Below, piece by piece: positions 54,204-55,559 of a stretch of DNA of 55,559 bases. The position numbers were made by a program, and so were the translations under genes. The notes below the pieces were generated by a model, which ran no database searches, had not been told where the DNA came from, and saw only the letters and a list, made by a program, of their open reading frames with translations. The DNA lies in NCBI GenBank assembly GCA_002869435.1, contig PKSX01000159.1, positions 1 through 55,559 on the forward strand, written 5' to 3'. The DNA is from Marinilabiliales bacterium (GTDB lineage Bacteria; Bacteroidota; Bacteroidia; Bacteroidales; DTU049). Each line of letters begins with the position of its first letter. Within the stretch, counting starts at the first letter, position 1.

Positions 54204-54860
54204 ATGGCTTTAGATAAAATCGGTATAGCAAAACGTATTGCAAAGGAATTGCAGGACGGTTTTTATGTGAATCTTGGCATTGGTATTCCTACGCTTCTTG
54301 CCAATTATATTCCGGAAGGAATGAATGTGACCTTACAATCAGAAAATGGCATGCTGGGAATTGGTCCATTTCCTGAAAAAGGAAAAGCAGATGCAGACCT
54401 TATTAATGCAGGAAAACAAACAGTAACCATATTACCCGGTGGAGCTTTCTTTGACTCAGCAACCAGTTTTGGGATGATACGTGGCGGTCATATTGACTTG
54501 ACTGTTCTGGGTGCTTTCGAAATATCAGAAAAAGGAGATATTGCGAGTTGGAAAATCCCCGGAAAACTCATTAAAGGGATGGGTGGTGCGATGGACCTAG
54601 TGGCTGCAGCAAAAAATATTATTGTTGCTACTACTCATACAGACAAGGCCGGAAATCCTAAATTACTCAAAGAATGCACCTTGCCATTAACAGGTGTTCA
54701 ATGTGTAAAAATGATTGTAACCGATATGGCAGTTATTAAGGTAACGCCTAATGGATATCAGTTGATAGAGCGCGCACCGGGAGTTTCTGTTGATGAGATT
54801 ATTGCTGCTACAGGAGCAGAACTGATTATTGATGGAGATATTCCGGAGATGAATGTCTAG
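54204..54860 (+). CDS. scoB: 3-oxoacid CoA-transferase subunit B
   Basis: 218 aa. Catalytic-Glu motif 'LQSENGMLG', '[10 protein letters not shown]'. Confidence 0.92.
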   Translation: MALDKIGIAKRIAKELQDGFYVNLGIGIPTLLANYIPEGMNVTLQSENGMLGIGPFPEKGKADADLINAGKQTVTILPGGAFFDSATSFGMIRGGHIDLTVLGAFEISEKGDIASWKIPGKLIKGMGGAMDLVAAAKNIIVATTHTDKAGNPKLLKECTLPLTGVQCVKMIVTDMAVIKVTPNGYQLIERAPGVSVDEIIAATGAELIIDGDIPEMNV

Positions 54861-54870
54861 CTTTCAACTC

Positions 54871-54921
54871 AAACCTGACAGGTTTGCCGCAGTTCCTTGT
54901 ACAAAACCTGTCAGGTTTTTT
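54871..54921 (+). terminator. Strong intrinsic terminator formed by two near-palindromic 15-mers
   Basis: AAACCTGACAGGTTT (54871-54885) is the exact reverse complement of AAACCTGTCAGGTTT (54904-54918). The loop is 18 nt and a T-run follows. Confidence 0.8.
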
Positions 54922-54943
54922 ATTGCATATGGTTTCTGTTTGC

Positions 54944-54951
54944 TATTTTTG
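54944..54951 (+). promoter_or_regulatory. Bacteroidota -7 box TATTTTTG
   Basis: Exact motif, 7 nt upstream of the ATG at 54959. Confidence 0.3.
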
Positions 54952-54958
54952 CAAGACC

Positions 54959-55559
54959 ATGCAAAACCACAAACCACTAAAGATTGTTGAAAGTCCCCGC
55001 GATGGCTGGCAGGGGTTAAACACTTTTATTAATACAGAAACAAAAGCGGAATATATCAACACTTTAATACAAGTTGGTTTTGACATTATTGAAGTTGGAA
55101 GTTTTGTCTCGCCCAAACTAATTCCACAACTCGCGGATACTTCACAGCTCATTTCACTTTTAGATACGTCAAATACTTCTTCCCGGCTCATGGTCTTGGT
55201 TGCTAATGACAAAGGAGTCGATAACGCTCTTGCTCACGATAAAATCTCCTTACTCTCCTACCCTTTTTCCTTTTCTCCAACTTTTCTCAGAAAAAACCTA
55301 AATACAGAGTATAAAGATGGCCTTAAGTTCATTGAGCGAACTCAAAAAAAATGCAAGGATTCAGGTAAAGAACTAGTAGTATATATCACAATGGCTTTTG
55401 GAAACCCTTATGGTGATCGCTGGAGTCTGCAGGACCTTTGTTCATGTGTGGAAGATTTTTTTGGAATTGGAATTGAAAGAATATCATTAACTGACATTAC
55501 TGCTGAAGCTACAACAGGAACTATTGAAAAAGTGTATGGGTGCCTGCACAATAAATACC
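54959..55559 (+). CDS. Hydroxymethylglutaryl-CoA lyase (partial; runs off the window end)
   Basis: My own translation from the ATG at 54959: 'MQNHKPLKIVESPRDGWQGLNTFINTETKAEYINTLIQVGFDIIEVGSFVSPKLIPQLADT...'. This has the HMGL-like 'E.(G/S)PRDG.Q' and 'IEVGSFVSPK' motifs. It is open to the last base and is absent from the ORF track because it has no stop. Confidence 0.85.
   Translation, partial: MQNHKPLKIVESPRDGWQGLNTFINTETKAEYINTLIQVGFDIIEVGSFVSPKLIPQLADTSQLISLLDTSNTSSRLMVLVANDKGVDNALAHDKISLLSYPFSFSPTFLRKNLNTEYKDGLKFIERTQKKCKDSGKELVVYITMAFGNPYGDRWSLQDLCSCVEDFFGIGIERISLTDITAEATTGTIEKVYGCLHNKY

Noticed and set aside
54943-55212. 89-aa ORF on the minus strand from the ORF track.
   Set aside because: It is antisense to a clear HMG-CoA lyase reading frame (54959 to the window end). 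That frame is missing from the track only because it has no stop.

Overview
This 55.6-kb window is a chromosomal segment that I assign to Bacteroidota. The assignment rests on three T9SS cargo proteins (type-A and type-B C-terminal sorting domains), gldH, a Rho factor with a large N-terminal insertion, and 16 exact TAnnTTTG -7 promoter boxes placed just upstream of gene starts. I call 44 protein-coding genes, one of them interrupted by an in-frame stop and one running off the right edge. Most are housekeeping: recN, fabI, rho, rimO, ftsY, gcvP, holB, ricT-like, gldH, PBP1A, rfbA, msrB, msrA and gltX. I recognised no rRNA, tRNA, CRISPR array, transposase or integrase. The genetic code looks standard, since TAA, TAG and TGA all end well-conserved genes at expected lengths.

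The most interesting region is a leucine/isovalerate (liu-like) operon at 47.6-55.6 kb. Its methylcrotonyl-CoA-carboxylase beta-type carboxyltransferase is not paired with an ATP-grasp biotin carboxylase. Instead it sits with a 723-aa chimera: a 5S-transcarboxylase/OadA-type oxo-acid carboxyltransferase, then an MCC-alpha-like BT module, then a biotinyl domain. This suggests an ATP-independent methylcrotonyl-CoA transcarboxylase. The beta subunit itself carries a single in-frame TAA near its inter-domain boundary.

Other observations:
- An 18-nt bipartite ECF-type promoter motif occurs twice, upstream of an ECF sigma/anti-sigma pair and upstream of the adjacent T9SS cargo gene.
- The candidate anti-sigma protein ends in an outer-membrane-barrel-like C-terminus.
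- A ~169-bp composite tandem repeat and a dispersed REP-like palindrome family are present.
- A TAGAAC/GTTCTA-rich palindrome lies upstream of recN.
- The Rho insertion is Q/N-rich and partly encoded by 15-nt tandem repeats.
- A T9SS sorting domain is cut by an in-frame TGA at the left window edge.
- A small AT-rich islet carries one orphan gene.
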